From positions 9,683 to 73,682 of the forward strand of contig JBNJEK010000001.1 in NCBI GenBank assembly GCA_051745855.1: a stretch of 64,000 nucleotides of DNA. The letters run 5' to 3'. This stretch comes from Armatimonadota bacterium. Lineage in GTDB: Bacteria; Armatimonadota; Zipacnadia; Zipacnadales; UBA5352. Position 1 is the first letter of the stretch, and each line of letters begins with the position of its first letter. A model generated the notes under the pieces. The model saw only the letters and a list, made by a program, of their open reading frames with translations. It searched no databases and was not told where the DNA came from. The position numbers and the translations under genes are program-made. Positions 37,111 to 47,291 of the stretch are shown here, piece by piece.

Positions 37111-38589
37111 ATGCATGTCCGCACGGTCCTGCTGCTGTCATGCTGCACCCTTGCGCTCACCACGACGGCCTTCGCTGATCAACTCATCCCTGAGCACGGG
37201 AAGTACTCTGAGAGCTATCAGAGCGACTGGTCGAAGCTGCCGACCGGCAATGAACTGACCGGCCGAGACGAGGCGGATTTTGAGGCGCTGCGCGAGGTGT
37301 CGGGCGAGGATGTTCGGCGCCGTTTCATCGACGAGAAAGAGGTGCGGCTGTCCGGGGACCGCTACGCCGTGCGCTGGGATGACCCCGAGTGTGACAAATA
37401 CGCGCACACGCTCTACTACTTCCGCAACTGCGACCGCGTGATCATCGAGGACATGATGGTCGTTCAGCGCGACCCCGACTGGCGCGCGTCCTCCACGTTC
37501 TTCTTCGAAAGCTGCGGGCGGGTCGAGATACGGAACAGCTACCTCGCCGGGACCTCTGGACGGGCGTTCATCCGCATCGAGGGCTGCGAGGAGTATTTCG
37601 TGGACCGCGTGGAGATCTCAGGACGCGTCTATGAAGAAGTCGGCGGCCCGGCGCGCTGCGGACCGGGCATCTGGGTGAACAACGGCGCTGGATTTCAGCC
37701 GGAGACGGGGCGGCAGCGGTACATCTCAGATGACAATGCCCGCGATCTGCGCTTCGGCGTCATTCAGAACTCGTACTTCCACGACTACGGCCTCACTGAC
37801 CCGGTGCACAACCACGACGCCATCCTCTTCCACGCCCCCGCTGACGGGATCGTCTTCAACTGCTGGTTTGAGAACTGGGAGGCCGATTCGGCGCTTGATG
37901 ATTCTCACCGGCGCAACGACCCCGCGTATCAGAACCACCTTCATCGCATCGAACGGTGCGTTTTCAAGGATTGCCACCGCGTGAAGACGAACGGGGCGGT
38001 GGGCAGTGCCTCATGCTCAATCCTGTGGTGCAACAACCTTTACGTTGACAGTTCGCTCACCGACTATCACACCGGCTGGGAGAACTGGCGCGTCCATGAG
38101 ACATACGTCTTCACGCGGAACAAGGGATACTTCCACGTGATGCACTACCGCGACGGTCTGAAGCTCTTCCGCAACTGCCTGCTTCATTCGGCGGTCTCTC
38201 TGAGGAGCATGTACGAGTCGATGGGCGACACGCCCGATCAGGACATCCACCAGCTTCGCCCCGATTTTTTCATGTACCTGATGCCGGAGCCAGCGAACTG
38301 GCTGCATCCACGCACGGGCAATACGCCGACCATCGAGACATGGCAGCAGTGGCGCGAGGCAGGCCTCGACGAACACAGTACGCTGGCTGAGATCGATCCG
38401 CGGTTCGTCGATGCGGCCTCCGGCGACTATCGCCTGCTGCCCGGATCGCCCGCCGGTGGCGCCGGCACGCCTGAGATGCTGCGCTCGACGGCCCTGCGCC
38501 CGGCCGTGACCCGTGATTTCTACGGCAACCCCCGCCCGAACCCGCCCGGTTGCGGCGCGTTTGAGGTCGCGAAGGTCCCGGTCGAGTGA
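37111..38589 (+). CDS. Secreted right-handed parallel beta-helix protein (pectate-lyase-like fold)
   Basis: It has a signal peptide and repeated PbH1-like beta-helix rungs. GAGGAG lies 7 nt upstream. Confidence 0.8.
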   Translation: MHVRTVLLLSCCTLALTTTAFADQLIPEHGKYSESYQSDWSKLPTGNELTGRDEADFEALREVSGEDVRRRFIDEKEVRLSGDRYAVRWDDPECDKYAHTLYYFRNCDRVIIEDMMVVQRDPDWRASSTFFFESCGRVEIRNSYLAGTSGRAFIRIEGCEEYFVDRVEISGRVYEEVGGPARCGPGIWVNNGAGFQPETGRQRYISDDNARDLRFGVIQNSYFHDYGLTDPVHNHDAILFHAPADGIVFNCWFENWEADSALDDSHRRNDPAYQNHLHRIERCVFKDCHRVKTNGAVGSASCSILWCNNLYVDSSLTDYHTGWENWRVHETYVFTRNKGYFHVMHYRDGLKLFRNCLLHSAVSLRSMYESMGDTPDQDIHQLRPDFFMYLMPEPANWLHPRTGNTPTIETWQQWREAGLDEHSTLAEIDPRFVDAASGDYRLLPGSPAGGAGTPEMLRSTALRPAVTRDFYGNPRPNPPGCGAFEVAKVPVE

Positions 38590-38756
38590 GCCGCATTGCA
38601 GGCCGCTCTGCGACTCGATCATCATGATGCCGGAGGACGAACGGGGCCTCGCGGCGAATGTTCGTCCTGCACGGGAACGAAACGAGCCTGACGGGCGATG
38701 CAGCGCGGACGGACGCCAGAGCCGGGCGCTTTCGGATCGCACGAGGAGGACACAGC

Positions 38757-39584
38757 ATGAGATCGGGGATTGAGCTTGTTGCGGAGGGCTTCGAGTTCCC
38801 GGAAGGGCCGGCGTTTGATGCCCACGGGACGCTTTACATCACGCAGTGCGCCAACGGCTGGATCAGCCGCATCGCCGGCGGCGAGACCGGTGACTACGTG
38901 AACTCGGGAGGCAAGCCGAACGGTCTTGCGTTCGACGAGGAGAACGTGCTCTGGATTGCGGAGGCCGGGACCAACCAGCTTCTGCGCTACGATGGGGAGG
39001 AGCTGATTGAGATCGCCTCTGAGTGGCATGGGGAGCCGCTGCAGAAGCCGAACGATCTGGTCTTCCATCCGGATGGCTCGATCTTCATGACCGGCCCCGG
39101 CGGGTCCACTGAGGACACGCCCATCGGAAAGGTCTACCATGTGACTCCCGACGGAGAACTCACGGTCGTCGCGGATGGTCTGGCCTTCCCGAACGGCCTC
39201 GCGCTGACGGAGGATGCGTCGCAGCTTTACGTGGTGGAGACACACCGGCAACAGATCGTGATCTACGACGTCGACGACGACGGCTCGCTCGATGGCCCGG
39301 ATGAGTTCGCGCAGACGCCCGGTGGTGTAGGCGGAGACGGGATGGCGCTGGATGTTGACGGCAATCTCTACCTCGCGCACTTCGGCATGGGGGAGATTGT
39401 GGTATTTGACGTGGAGGGTTCGCGCATCGACACGCTGCCGGCAGGCGGAGAGAAGCCGACGAACGTGGCTTTCGGCGACGATGACATGCGCGGGCTTTAC
39501 GTGACGGAGGTCGAGACCGGGGCGGTCTATCGTCTTGAGCCGGGACCAGAGGGGCTGCGGCCTTTCCGCGATCCGCGCGGCTGA
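38757..39584 (+). CDS. SMP-30/gluconolactonase/LRE-like six-bladed beta-propeller protein
   Basis: Family motifs are present (EGPAFD, NGLAFD, PNDLVFHPDG, FPNGLAL). GAGGAGG lies 7 nt upstream. Confidence 0.85.
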   Translation: MRSGIELVAEGFEFPEGPAFDAHGTLYITQCANGWISRIAGGETGDYVNSGGKPNGLAFDEENVLWIAEAGTNQLLRYDGEELIEIASEWHGEPLQKPNDLVFHPDGSIFMTGPGGSTEDTPIGKVYHVTPDGELTVVADGLAFPNGLALTEDASQLYVVETHRQQIVIYDVDDDGSLDGPDEFAQTPGGVGGDGMALDVDGNLYLAHFGMGEIVVFDVEGSRIDTLPAGGEKPTNVAFGDDDMRGLYVTEVETGAVYRLEPGPEGLRPFRDPRG

Positions 39585-39676
39585 AGGGCCGCGCGCGGGC
39601 CTCTCCCCCCGGCCCCCTCTCCCGCACTTCGCGCAGCGAAGTGAACGGGACGAGGGGGAGAAGGACAGGGGCGCTG

Positions 39677-39698
39677 GCGGGCTGGAAGCCCGCGTTTT
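39677..39698 (+). terminator. Rho-independent terminator
   Basis: The stem GCGGGC-TGGAA-GCCCGC is followed by GTTTT. It is preceded by a longer imperfect hairpin at 39600-39660. Confidence 0.6.
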
Positions 39699-39782
39699 AG
39701 TCTGGAAATCCGAGACCTTTTCGCGCTCACAGGTGTTATTGATGACACGCGCAGATGAATCAGGCAGCGTGAACGGATACTG

Positions 39783-40760
39783 ATGAGAGAGGTTTTCTAC
39801 TCACACGCAATTCGCGAGGCGCTGGAGGAGGAGATGGCGCGCGACGAGCGCGTCATCCTCATTGGCGAGGATATTGCCGAATACGGCGGGGCATTCAAGA
39901 TCACCCGCGACATGGCGGAGCGTTTCGGCGCGCATCGGGTGCGCAATACGCCGATCAGTGAGAACGGCTTCGTCGGCGTGGCGGTCGGTGCGGCGATGAC
40001 CGGCCTGAGACCGGTCGCAGAGCTTATGTTCATGGATTTCCTCACGCTGGCGATGGACCAGCTTTGCAACCACGCGGCGAAATTTCGCTACCAGTACGGC
40101 GAGCAATGCACGATCCCGCTGGTGCTGCGCTGTCCGGCCGGGGCGGGGCGCTGCTACGGTCCGACACATTCACAGAGCCTCGAACGCTGGCTGATGAGCA
40201 CGCCGGGGTTGCTGGTGGCCGCGCCCGCGACCGCGGAGGACGCCAAGGGCATGCTCAAGTCCGCGATCCGCTGCGATGATCCGGTGGTCTTCATCGAGAG
40301 CAAGCTGCTCTATGGGAAGACGCAGGCTGTGCCGGAGGGTGATTATACGGTTCCGCTCGGCGAGGCGGTGGTTCGCCGCGAGGGCGAGCACGTCACGATC
40401 GTGGCATACTCGCGGATGGTGGATGAGGCGCTGCGGGCCGCCGAGGCGCTGGTCGAGCACGGTGTCGAGGCCGAGGTCATCGATCTGCGCACACTCGCGC
40501 CGCTGGACATCGACACGGTTGCCGCGTCGGTGGAGGCGACCGGCCGCGCAGTTGTGGTCGAGGAGGGAACGCTGACCGGTGGGGTTGCCGCGGAGGTGGC
40601 GCAGCGCATCACGGAGGAGTGTTTCGACGTGCTGGTAGCGCCGCCGATGCGCGTGGCGGCCCTCGACGTGCCGATCCCGTCCAGCCAGGTGCTGGAGGAG
40701 GCGGCGACACCGGACTGGCGTGACATTGCGCAGGCCGCCGCAGATGCCCTGAAGTACTGA
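39783..40760 (+). CDS. 2-oxoacid dehydrogenase E1 component beta subunit (transketolase-like), orphan
   Basis: Its full length matches PDH/BCKDH E1-beta (pyrimidine-binding plus C-terminal domain). No E1-alpha gene is adjacent. Confidence 0.85.
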   Translation: MREVFYSHAIREALEEEMARDERVILIGEDIAEYGGAFKITRDMAERFGAHRVRNTPISENGFVGVAVGAAMTGLRPVAELMFMDFLTLAMDQLCNHAAKFRYQYGEQCTIPLVLRCPAGAGRCYGPTHSQSLERWLMSTPGLLVAAPATAEDAKGMLKSAIRCDDPVVFIESKLLYGKTQAVPEGDYTVPLGEAVVRREGEHVTIVAYSRMVDEALRAAEALVEHGVEAEVIDLRTLAPLDIDTVAASVEATGRAVVVEEGTLTGGVAAEVAQRITEECFDVLVAPPMRVAALDVPIPSSQVLEEAATPDWRDIAQAAADALKY

Positions 40761-40776
40761 AGTGAGGAGAATAACC

Positions 40777-41655
40777 GTGGCCCCGGGCACTCTGGATGCG
40801 ACGATCATCGTTGTGAGTTACAACAAGCGCAAGTACACTGAGCTTTGCCTGACGAGCATGCTCCAGGGCGACCCGATGCCCGGACAGATCGTGGTGATTG
40901 ACAACGGCTCCACCGACGGGACGGTGCCCTTTCTCGAGGACGACTTTCCAGGGCAGGCGGAGGCGGAGGGCGTGCGCTTTGATCTGATCCGCAATGATTC
41001 GAACGTGGGAGCATGCACCGCGCGCAATCAGGGCCTGGCACTCGCCCTCGGTGAATACATCGGGTTCATGGACAATGACATCGCGGTGCGGAGCAGCGGA
41101 TGGCTGTCCACGCTGGCTTCGGTGCTGCGGGAAGATGACGACCACGGAATCGTCGGGCCGAAGCTGGTGTATCCTTTCGAGCCTTACAACATCCAGCACG
41201 CCGGCGCGGCGATCTCGAAGACAGGGCGAGTGAAGTATCTCGGCCGCGGTGAGCCGATTGACGCGCCTGAGCACAACAGGCGGCGTGAGGTGCAGTGTCT
41301 GATCAGTGCGTGCTGGCTGATGAAGTCCGAGATCCCCGAGTGCATCGGGGGGCTTGATGAAGTGTTCAACCCCGCGCAGTTCGAGGACTTTGACTTCTGC
41401 TACCGCGCGCGTGAGGCGGGGTGGACCGTGCTTTACGATCCGGTGGCCGAGATGTATCACTACGAGAGCGTCACCACGGATGCGTCGCCGGATGTCAACT
41501 ACAAGTACATCACGATCCGCAACGGCATGGAGTTCAAGCGGCGGTGGAAGCAGATGTTTGCCGAAGAGGACGGGCCGCCGGACGAAGAGTGCCAGTGGAA
41601 GCAGCTTGAGACGCGGCCGATCGAGCAGACGGGCATCCCACCGATCATCGACTGA
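40777..41655 (+). CDS. Glycosyltransferase family 2
   Basis: GT-A fold features are present (IIVVSYNK, DNGSTDGT, DxD FMDND). I prefer the GTG at 40777 because GAGGAG lies 7 nt upstream. Confidence 0.85.
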   Translation: MAPGTLDATIIVVSYNKRKYTELCLTSMLQGDPMPGQIVVIDNGSTDGTVPFLEDDFPGQAEAEGVRFDLIRNDSNVGACTARNQGLALALGEYIGFMDNDIAVRSSGWLSTLASVLREDDDHGIVGPKLVYPFEPYNIQHAGAAISKTGRVKYLGRGEPIDAPEHNRRREVQCLISACWLMKSEIPECIGGLDEVFNPAQFEDFDFCYRAREAGWTVLYDPVAEMYHYESVTTDASPDVNYKYITIRNGMEFKRRWKQMFAEEDGPPDEECQWKQLETRPIEQTGIPPIID

Positions 41656-41715
41656 CCGCAGCAGTTGCGATACGCACGGGGATGAGATGGATTATAATAA
41701 GGAGTTGAGACGCGG

Positions 41716-41970
41716 ATGTCAGACGGGCAGTTGAAGCAGCGGATCAAGGACATGATCGTCGAGCGCCTCTTCCTCGACGCCGACCCGAATGAGATCGAAG
41801 ATGATGAGAACCTGATGGAAAACTACGAGATCGACTCGGTGAATCTCTTCGAGATCGTCGTCGGGCTTGAGGAGGAGTTCGAGATCTCGTTTGAGGACGA
41901 AGATTTCAGCGTGGATCTCTTCGCCACGGTCAACAACCTTGCCGAGTACGTCGAGCAGAAGCGGAGTTGA
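41716..41970 (+). CDS. Acyl carrier protein
   Basis: It is an 84-aa acidic protein with the phosphopantetheine-site motif IDSVNLFE. Confidence 0.8.
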   Translation: MSDGQLKQRIKDMIVERLFLDADPNEIEDDENLMENYEIDSVNLFEIVVGLEEEFEISFEDEDFSVDLFATVNNLAEYVEQKRS

Positions 41971-41977
41971 CCGGATT

Positions 41978-42790
41978 GTGAGCGGCAGCGAGGAGCGACT
42001 GGTGACCTTCGAGAGCGGAGGGGAGCCGCTCCACGGTGTACTTCACGTGCCCCGCGAGCCGAGCGGAAATGTGTTGGTTTTCTGCCACCCTTTCGCCGAG
42101 GAGAAGAAGTGCGCCCACCGGACGATGGTGGAGGCGGCCCGGGCCTGCGCCGTGGCGGGGTGGGCGGTGCTGGCCTTCGATCAACGCGGCTGCGGCGACA
42201 GCCCCGGCGTATTCGGCGCCCAGGACCTCGCCAACTGGCGCGAGGACATTCGCAAGGCGATGGAGTGCGCCACGCGGGAGACGTCGGCGCGGGCAGGGCT
42301 ACTCGGGCTGCGACTCGGGGGCGCGCTTGCCGCGGAGGTCGCCGAGCATCACGCGGATGTCGCGTGTCTCGTGCTGTGGGAGCCGATCATCGACGGGGAG
42401 CGTTACATCAAGCAGAACCTGCGCCGCTCGATGATCAAGGCGATGATGACGCGTCACGAGGGGGGCGAGAAGAGCGAGGGCGCGGCGGCCGAAGCGGGCG
42501 CGCTGGGGGAGGGAACCGTGGATTTCGACGGTTACCGCGTCCCGGAGGCGATGCGCGAGCAGATCGAGCAGATCGACCTGCTGGAGCCGCCACCTCACTT
42601 TGAAGGCCCGACGCTGGTGCTCAACATTGGGGCCAGCGACAGCGTCTCCGAGCAGATGGAGCAGCTCGCCGATGCCTATCCTCAAGGCAGCGCCATCGCG
42701 GTGCGGCAGGAGCCGATCTGGCAGCGCATCGGCGTGATTGACGCAAACCCGACTATCTCAGCGACGGTTGATTGGTTGCGACAGCAGTGA
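41978..42790 (+). CDS. Alpha/beta hydrolase fold protein with Arg at the nucleophile-elbow position
   Basis: It shows alpha/beta hydrolase topology (FDQRGCGDS, then GLRLGG where the consensus is GxSxG). I inferred the GTG start just after the ACP stop. Confidence 0.7.
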   Translation: MSGSEERLVTFESGGEPLHGVLHVPREPSGNVLVFCHPFAEEKKCAHRTMVEAARACAVAGWAVLAFDQRGCGDSPGVFGAQDLANWREDIRKAMECATRETSARAGLLGLRLGGALAAEVAEHHADVACLVLWEPIIDGERYIKQNLRRSMIKAMMTRHEGGEKSEGAAAEAGALGEGTVDFDGYRVPEAMREQIEQIDLLEPPPHFEGPTLVLNIGASDSVSEQMEQLADAYPQGSAIAVRQEPIWQRIGVIDANPTISATVDWLRQQ

Positions 42791-43665
42791 GCGTAAGGCA
42801 GCGTGAAGCGACGCACAGGCATCTTTTCTTCGACAGCGACGGGCAGCGGGTACTCGGCGTACTGCAAACTCCCGACAGGCCGATGCGCCCGGGCGCGCTG
42901 GTCTTTCTGCACGGATGGGCCGGCTACAGGATCGGCCCGCATCAGATGTTCACCAAGGCGGCGCGGCAGGCTGCCGAGCTGGGCTTCGCATCGCTGCGCT
43001 TCGACTTCCGCGGCCGCGGCGACAGTCAGGGCGACGCGGCGGCCACGACACTTTCTACGATGATCGAGGACGCGCAGCGAGCGGTGGAAGTGGTCTGCGA
43101 CGAGACCGGTGCTGAGCGGGTCGCCCTGATCGGCGACTGCTCGGGCAGCGAGGTGGCGATCGGCGCGGCCACGCTTGATGAGCGCATCGACTCACTGGTG
43201 CTGTGGTCGGCGCCGATCGTGGCAGGCGACCGCTCCGAGGCTGACGCCGCGAAGCGCAGGAGTATGTACTCGACGTATCTCCGCAAGATCTTCCGGCGGG
43301 AGACGTGGTCGAAGCTGCTGGGCGGCCGGCTGCAGCCGGGGATGATCCTCAAGGCACTCACGCGCGGAGGGAAGGGCGCCGGTGAGGAGGGCGCAGAGAG
43401 CGACCGGGAGATCGACTGGTATCATCGCTTCGTGGATTTTGCCGGCGAGGTCATGCTTATCTACGGGGGAAACGACCCGACGACCGACAGCGCACTTGAG
43501 CACTACCGCGAACTGTCGCGGAAGGCCGGGCGCGAGCTCAACCATCACATCGTCGATGGGGCCAACCACGCCTTTTACTCGCTGGGCTGGGAGCAGGAGG
43601 TGCTCGAGGTGAGCCTCGAGTGGCTGTGCGAGCGCTACGCCGCGGGCGAGGGCGCCGATGGCTGA
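42787..43665 (+). CDS. Alpha/beta hydrolase with a Cys nucleophile elbow (GDCSG)
   Basis: It is paralogous to the upstream hydrolase (FDFRGRGDS...IGDCSGS). Its GTG start overlaps the upstream stop (GTGA). Confidence 0.7.
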   Translation: MSVRQREATHRHLFFDSDGQRVLGVLQTPDRPMRPGALVFLHGWAGYRIGPHQMFTKAARQAAELGFASLRFDFRGRGDSQGDAAATTLSTMIEDAQRAVEVVCDETGAERVALIGDCSGSEVAIGAATLDERIDSLVLWSAPIVAGDRSEADAAKRRSMYSTYLRKIFRRETWSKLLGGRLQPGMILKALTRGGKGAGEEGAESDREIDWYHRFVDFAGEVMLIYGGNDPTTDSALEHYRELSRKAGRELNHHIVDGANHAFYSLGWEQEVLEVSLEWLCERYAAGEGADG

Positions 43666-44815
43666 GCGAACACCCAGGCGGGTGATGCTGGTCAACCACG
43701 TGGGCGAGGTGAGCGGCGCGGAGGAGAGCATGCTCACGCTTGTGCGGCACCTTGACCGCGCGCGCTTCGAGCCGGTTGCGGCGGTGCCGGCGGGGCGGCT
43801 GGCCAGGGAGCTTGAAAAACTCGAGGTGCCGGTGAGGCTGATCCCGGAGTTGCGGCTGTCGCGGCGGAGCCTGTGGACCACGCTCGTTGGCGGGATAAAG
43901 CTGCGATCGTGGGCGGGCAGGGTGCGGAGTGTCGTTGAGGAAGCCGGAGCGCATCTCGTGGCGGCCAACAGCCTGACGACGGCGCTGGGCTGTGCGATGC
44001 GTGTAAGTGACGACTGGCCGATGGTCTGGCATGCGCGCGACCTGCAGGCGCCCCGGCGGGCGGTGGGTTACGTGGTGCCACGGGCGCGGCGCATCGCGGC
44101 GATCTCGGCCTGTGTGGCCGATGCGTTGATTGAAAGCCATCGCGACGCCCGATCGAAGACGGTCATGATTCACAACGGTGTTGACACACTGGCCTTCCAA
44201 CCGACGCGGACGGAGCTTGAGGTGCGCGAGGAACTTGGGCTCCCGGTGGCCGCTCCCGTGATCGGGACGATCGGTCAGCTTGTTCCGTGGAAGCGACAGG
44301 ACGTCTTTCTTGAGACTGCGGCGCATATCCTCGCGCACAACAAGGACGCGCACTTCCTGGTGGTGGGCGCGGATTTGTTCGGCGAACACCCCGACTACGT
44401 CGCTGAGCTTCACGCGCTGAGCGAGAGTCTCAATGTGAGCGATCGCGTGATCTTCACGGGCTTTCGTGAGGACATCGCGTCGGTTATGAGCGCGCTCGAT
44501 GTTCTGATACACACCGCTGAGAACGAGCCGCTGGGACGGGTAGTGCTGGAATCGATGAGCCTCGGCGTGCCGTGCGTTGCGGTGGACAGTTGCGGGCCGG
44601 CTGAGATCATCAGAGACGGCGACAGCGGCATCCTCGTATCCCGGCCTGATGCGCGTCAGATGGCCGCGCGCGTCGTCGAGTTGCTCTCGCGACAGGGCGG
44701 CGTGGAGCGCATGGGGCAGGCCGCGCGGCGCCGGATCAACGAATTCTTCAGCGCCGAGCGCATGGCGGAACTGACCGCGGACCTTTACGAGGAGGCGCTA
44801 ACCGCGACGCGGTGA
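43658..44815 (+). CDS. Glycosyltransferase family 4
   Basis: The GT-B C-terminal motif E..G.VVLESMSLGVPCVA is present. Its ATG overlaps the upstream gene by 8 nt. Confidence 0.85.
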   Translation: MAERTPRRVMLVNHVGEVSGAEESMLTLVRHLDRARFEPVAAVPAGRLARELEKLEVPVRLIPELRLSRRSLWTTLVGGIKLRSWAGRVRSVVEEAGAHLVAANSLTTALGCAMRVSDDWPMVWHARDLQAPRRAVGYVVPRARRIAAISACVADALIESHRDARSKTVMIHNGVDTLAFQPTRTELEVREELGLPVAAPVIGTIGQLVPWKRQDVFLETAAHILAHNKDAHFLVVGADLFGEHPDYVAELHALSESLNVSDRVIFTGFREDIASVMSALDVLIHTAENEPLGRVVLESMSLGVPCVAVDSCGPAEIIRDGDSGILVSRPDARQMAARVVELLSRQGGVERMGQAARRRINEFFSAERMAELTADLYEEALTATR

Positions 44816-45975
44816 TGAAGACGGATGCGTCGGATGACGATCGGCTTCACGTGGGAATCGACTGCCTGGTGGTCGCGGATCGGCCCTCCGGTGTCGAGCG
44901 GGCAGTCGTGGGGCTGGCGGAAGGCCTCGCTGAGATCGCGCCGGCGGACCAGCGGTTCAGTCTGATGGTGGCGGCCGGCCGCGAGGATGCGCTGCCGAGC
45001 GGAGAGGGCATTGCGCCCCTGGCGGCGCCGAGGTGGGCGGAGCGGAGGGCGGGTCGCGTCTTCTACGAGCAGGCGCTTGCGGCCACGCGACTGCGGGCGG
45101 AGCAGGTCGATGTGCTTCACGGGGCCGCCTACGTGCTGCCTCACAACTGGGAGGGGCCGTCGGTGGTGACAGTCCACGACGCCATCACCGTCTGCCACGA
45201 GCAGTGGTGTCAGTGGCACAACGTCATACACTACGGACTGGTCATGACGCGCAGCGCGCGCAATGCCAGCGCGGTGATTGTGCCAAGCGAGTTCACGAAG
45301 CGCGAGCTTGTCGAGCATGTCGGCGTTCAGAGGCGGCAGATTCGGGTCGTGCCCCTGGGCGTTGGTGATGAATTCGCGCCCGCCGGGGAGGATGCAGTCG
45401 AACGGGCGCGTCGGCGGCACGGATTGCCCGAGCGCTATGTGCTCTGCGTGGGGAATGTCGAGCCGCGCAAAAACCTGACGGCGGTCGTCAACGCCTTCAA
45501 CCGGGTCGCGGAGGAGACCCCGCACGGGCTGGTGATTGCCGGAAAGCGCGGGTGGAAGTGCGGTGAGATCTGCGCGGAGATGAAGCGGTCGCCTTTCTCC
45601 GAGAGGATCCGGTGGCTCGGCTGGGTGCCGCATGAAGACTTGCCGGCGCTTTACTCCGGTGCGGAGCTCTTCGTGCAGTGGTCGCTGCATGAGGGCTTCG
45701 GCCTGACGCCGCTGGAGGCGATGGCATGCGGGACACCGGCGGTCATATCCGACGGCGGTGCGCTGCCGGAGATCGCCGGTGATGCGGCGCGCGTGGTAGC
45801 GCTGAGCGAGGGGGCGGTGGGACTTTCCGGGGCGCTCGTCGAATTGGCAGGAGACGAGGACGCGCGGGCGGAGATGGCCGAGCGTGGCATCCGGCATGCG
45901 GTGAGATACACCTGGGCCGCGCACGCGGAGGCGGTCGCGCAGACCTACCGGGAGGTTGCCGGTGCGCAGGAGTGA
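44815..45975 (+). CDS. Glycosyltransferase family 4
   Basis: The GT4 motif EGFGLTPLEAMACGTPAV is present. Its start overlaps the upstream stop (TGATG). Confidence 0.85.
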   Translation: MKTDASDDDRLHVGIDCLVVADRPSGVERAVVGLAEGLAEIAPADQRFSLMVAAGREDALPSGEGIAPLAAPRWAERRAGRVFYEQALAATRLRAEQVDVLHGAAYVLPHNWEGPSVVTVHDAITVCHEQWCQWHNVIHYGLVMTRSARNASAVIVPSEFTKRELVEHVGVQRRQIRVVPLGVGDEFAPAGEDAVERARRRHGLPERYVLCVGNVEPRKNLTAVVNAFNRVAEETPHGLVIAGKRGWKCGEICAEMKRSPFSERIRWLGWVPHEDLPALYSGAELFVQWSLHEGFGLTPLEAMACGTPAVISDGGALPEIAGDAARVVALSEGAVGLSGALVELAGDEDARAEMAERGIRHAVRYTWAAHAEAVAQTYREVAGAQE

Positions 45976-47212
45976 ACGTCGTGGGCGGCTGGTCTACGTG
46001 CTCGGCAGTTTTCCGTCGCTGTCGGAGACGTTCATCCTGCGAGAGATGCTCGAGCTTGAGCGGAGGGGCTTCCAGCTTTCAATTCTGTCACTGGAGCCGG
46101 GGGAGGATGTGGTCCACGAGAGTGCGACGGAACTGGCGGACCGCACGGTCTATCGGCCGCCACCGCTGTCGTTGCGCTCGCTGATGGCGGGCGTGGTGGC
46201 GATGGTGCTGCGTCCCTTCGGCTTCTTCGGGGCGCTGCTCTACGCGCTCGGCTGCATCGCTCGTTCTCCCGGCGCCGCCAGCGAGGTGGTCCGGAGCTTC
46301 TGCGCGGCCGCGTTCTTCGCATGTGCCCTGCGCGGGACGCGCCCGAAGCATGTACACGCGCATTTCGCGTCGATGCCGGCGACAGCAGGCCTCCTGCTGG
46401 CGCAGATGCTGGAGACGACGTTCTCAGTTTCTGCGCACGCGAGGGACCTTTTCACCGACGAGTCCGTTCTGATGGACAGGAAGATGCGCGAGGCCGAGTT
46501 CGTGACCGTCTGCACGCAGTTCGGCCTCGAACAGCTCCGCCGTCAGCATCCAATGTCGAGCAGTGAGCGTCTCAATCTGATCTACCACGGGATCGACGTG
46601 GTGGAGCTTATCCCGTCGCCGGACCCGGTCAGCCTCGGAGATCCGCCGCTGATACTGTCGATCGGTCGGCTTGTGGAGAAGAAAGGCTTCCCGATCCTGC
46701 TGCGGGCGGCGGCGATGCTCAGACGCGAGGGCGTGGACTTCCGGCTGAGGATCGTCGGCACCGGACCAGAGGAGGCGGATCTGAGGCGGCTGGCATCGGG
46801 GCTGGCGCTTGAGGAATGCGTGGAGTTTGACGGGGCAATCGCGCACGAGGAACTGATCCCGCTTTTCTGCACGGCAGATCTCTTCGTGCTCGCGTCGATC
46901 GTCGCCAGCGATGGCGACCGCGACGGCCTGCCGAACGTGCTGCTGGAGGCGCTGGCGCTGGAGGTGCCGGTCGTCAGCACGCGCGTCTCCGCCATCCCCG
47001 AGTTGATCGAGCATGAGCGCACAGGCCTGCTTGCGAACCCCGGTGACCCGAAGGGACTCGCCGAGCATATGGAGCGCCTGCTCTTCGACGAGCAGCTTCG
47101 AGCGAAGGTCATCGAGCAGGGGCGCCGCGAGGTGGTTGAGCGCTTCGACGTGACGAGGAACGTCGGGACGCTCGCCGATCTCTTCAGCGAGGTCATGAAG
47201 CGCAGAAGATAA
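45962..47212 (+). CDS. Glycosyltransferase family 4 (WcaL-like)
   Basis: GGGAGGT lies 5 nt before the GTG. The GT4 C-terminal motif (DGLPNVLLEALA) is present. Confidence 0.8.
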   Translation: MRRSERRGRLVYVLGSFPSLSETFILREMLELERRGFQLSILSLEPGEDVVHESATELADRTVYRPPPLSLRSLMAGVVAMVLRPFGFFGALLYALGCIARSPGAASEVVRSFCAAAFFACALRGTRPKHVHAHFASMPATAGLLLAQMLETTFSVSAHARDLFTDESVLMDRKMREAEFVTVCTQFGLEQLRRQHPMSSSERLNLIYHGIDVVELIPSPDPVSLGDPPLILSIGRLVEKKGFPILLRAAAMLRREGVDFRLRIVGTGPEEADLRRLASGLALEECVEFDGAIAHEELIPLFCTADLFVLASIVASDGDRDGLPNVLLEALALEVPVVSTRVSAIPELIEHERTGLLANPGDPKGLAEHMERLLFDEQLRAKVIEQGRREVVERFDVTRNVGTLADLFSEVMKRRR

Positions 47213-47291
47213 ATAAGTGCCCGTGTGCAGTCGGAGAGGCCGGACCCGTTCCGGCCTGTGTCGTTGTCGTCCTGCCATCTTCATCTGAACG

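Noticed and set aside
35714-37141. A 475-aa minus-strand ORF opposite ispDF
   Set aside because: It is a shadow frame. IspD and IspF motifs are unambiguous on the + strand.
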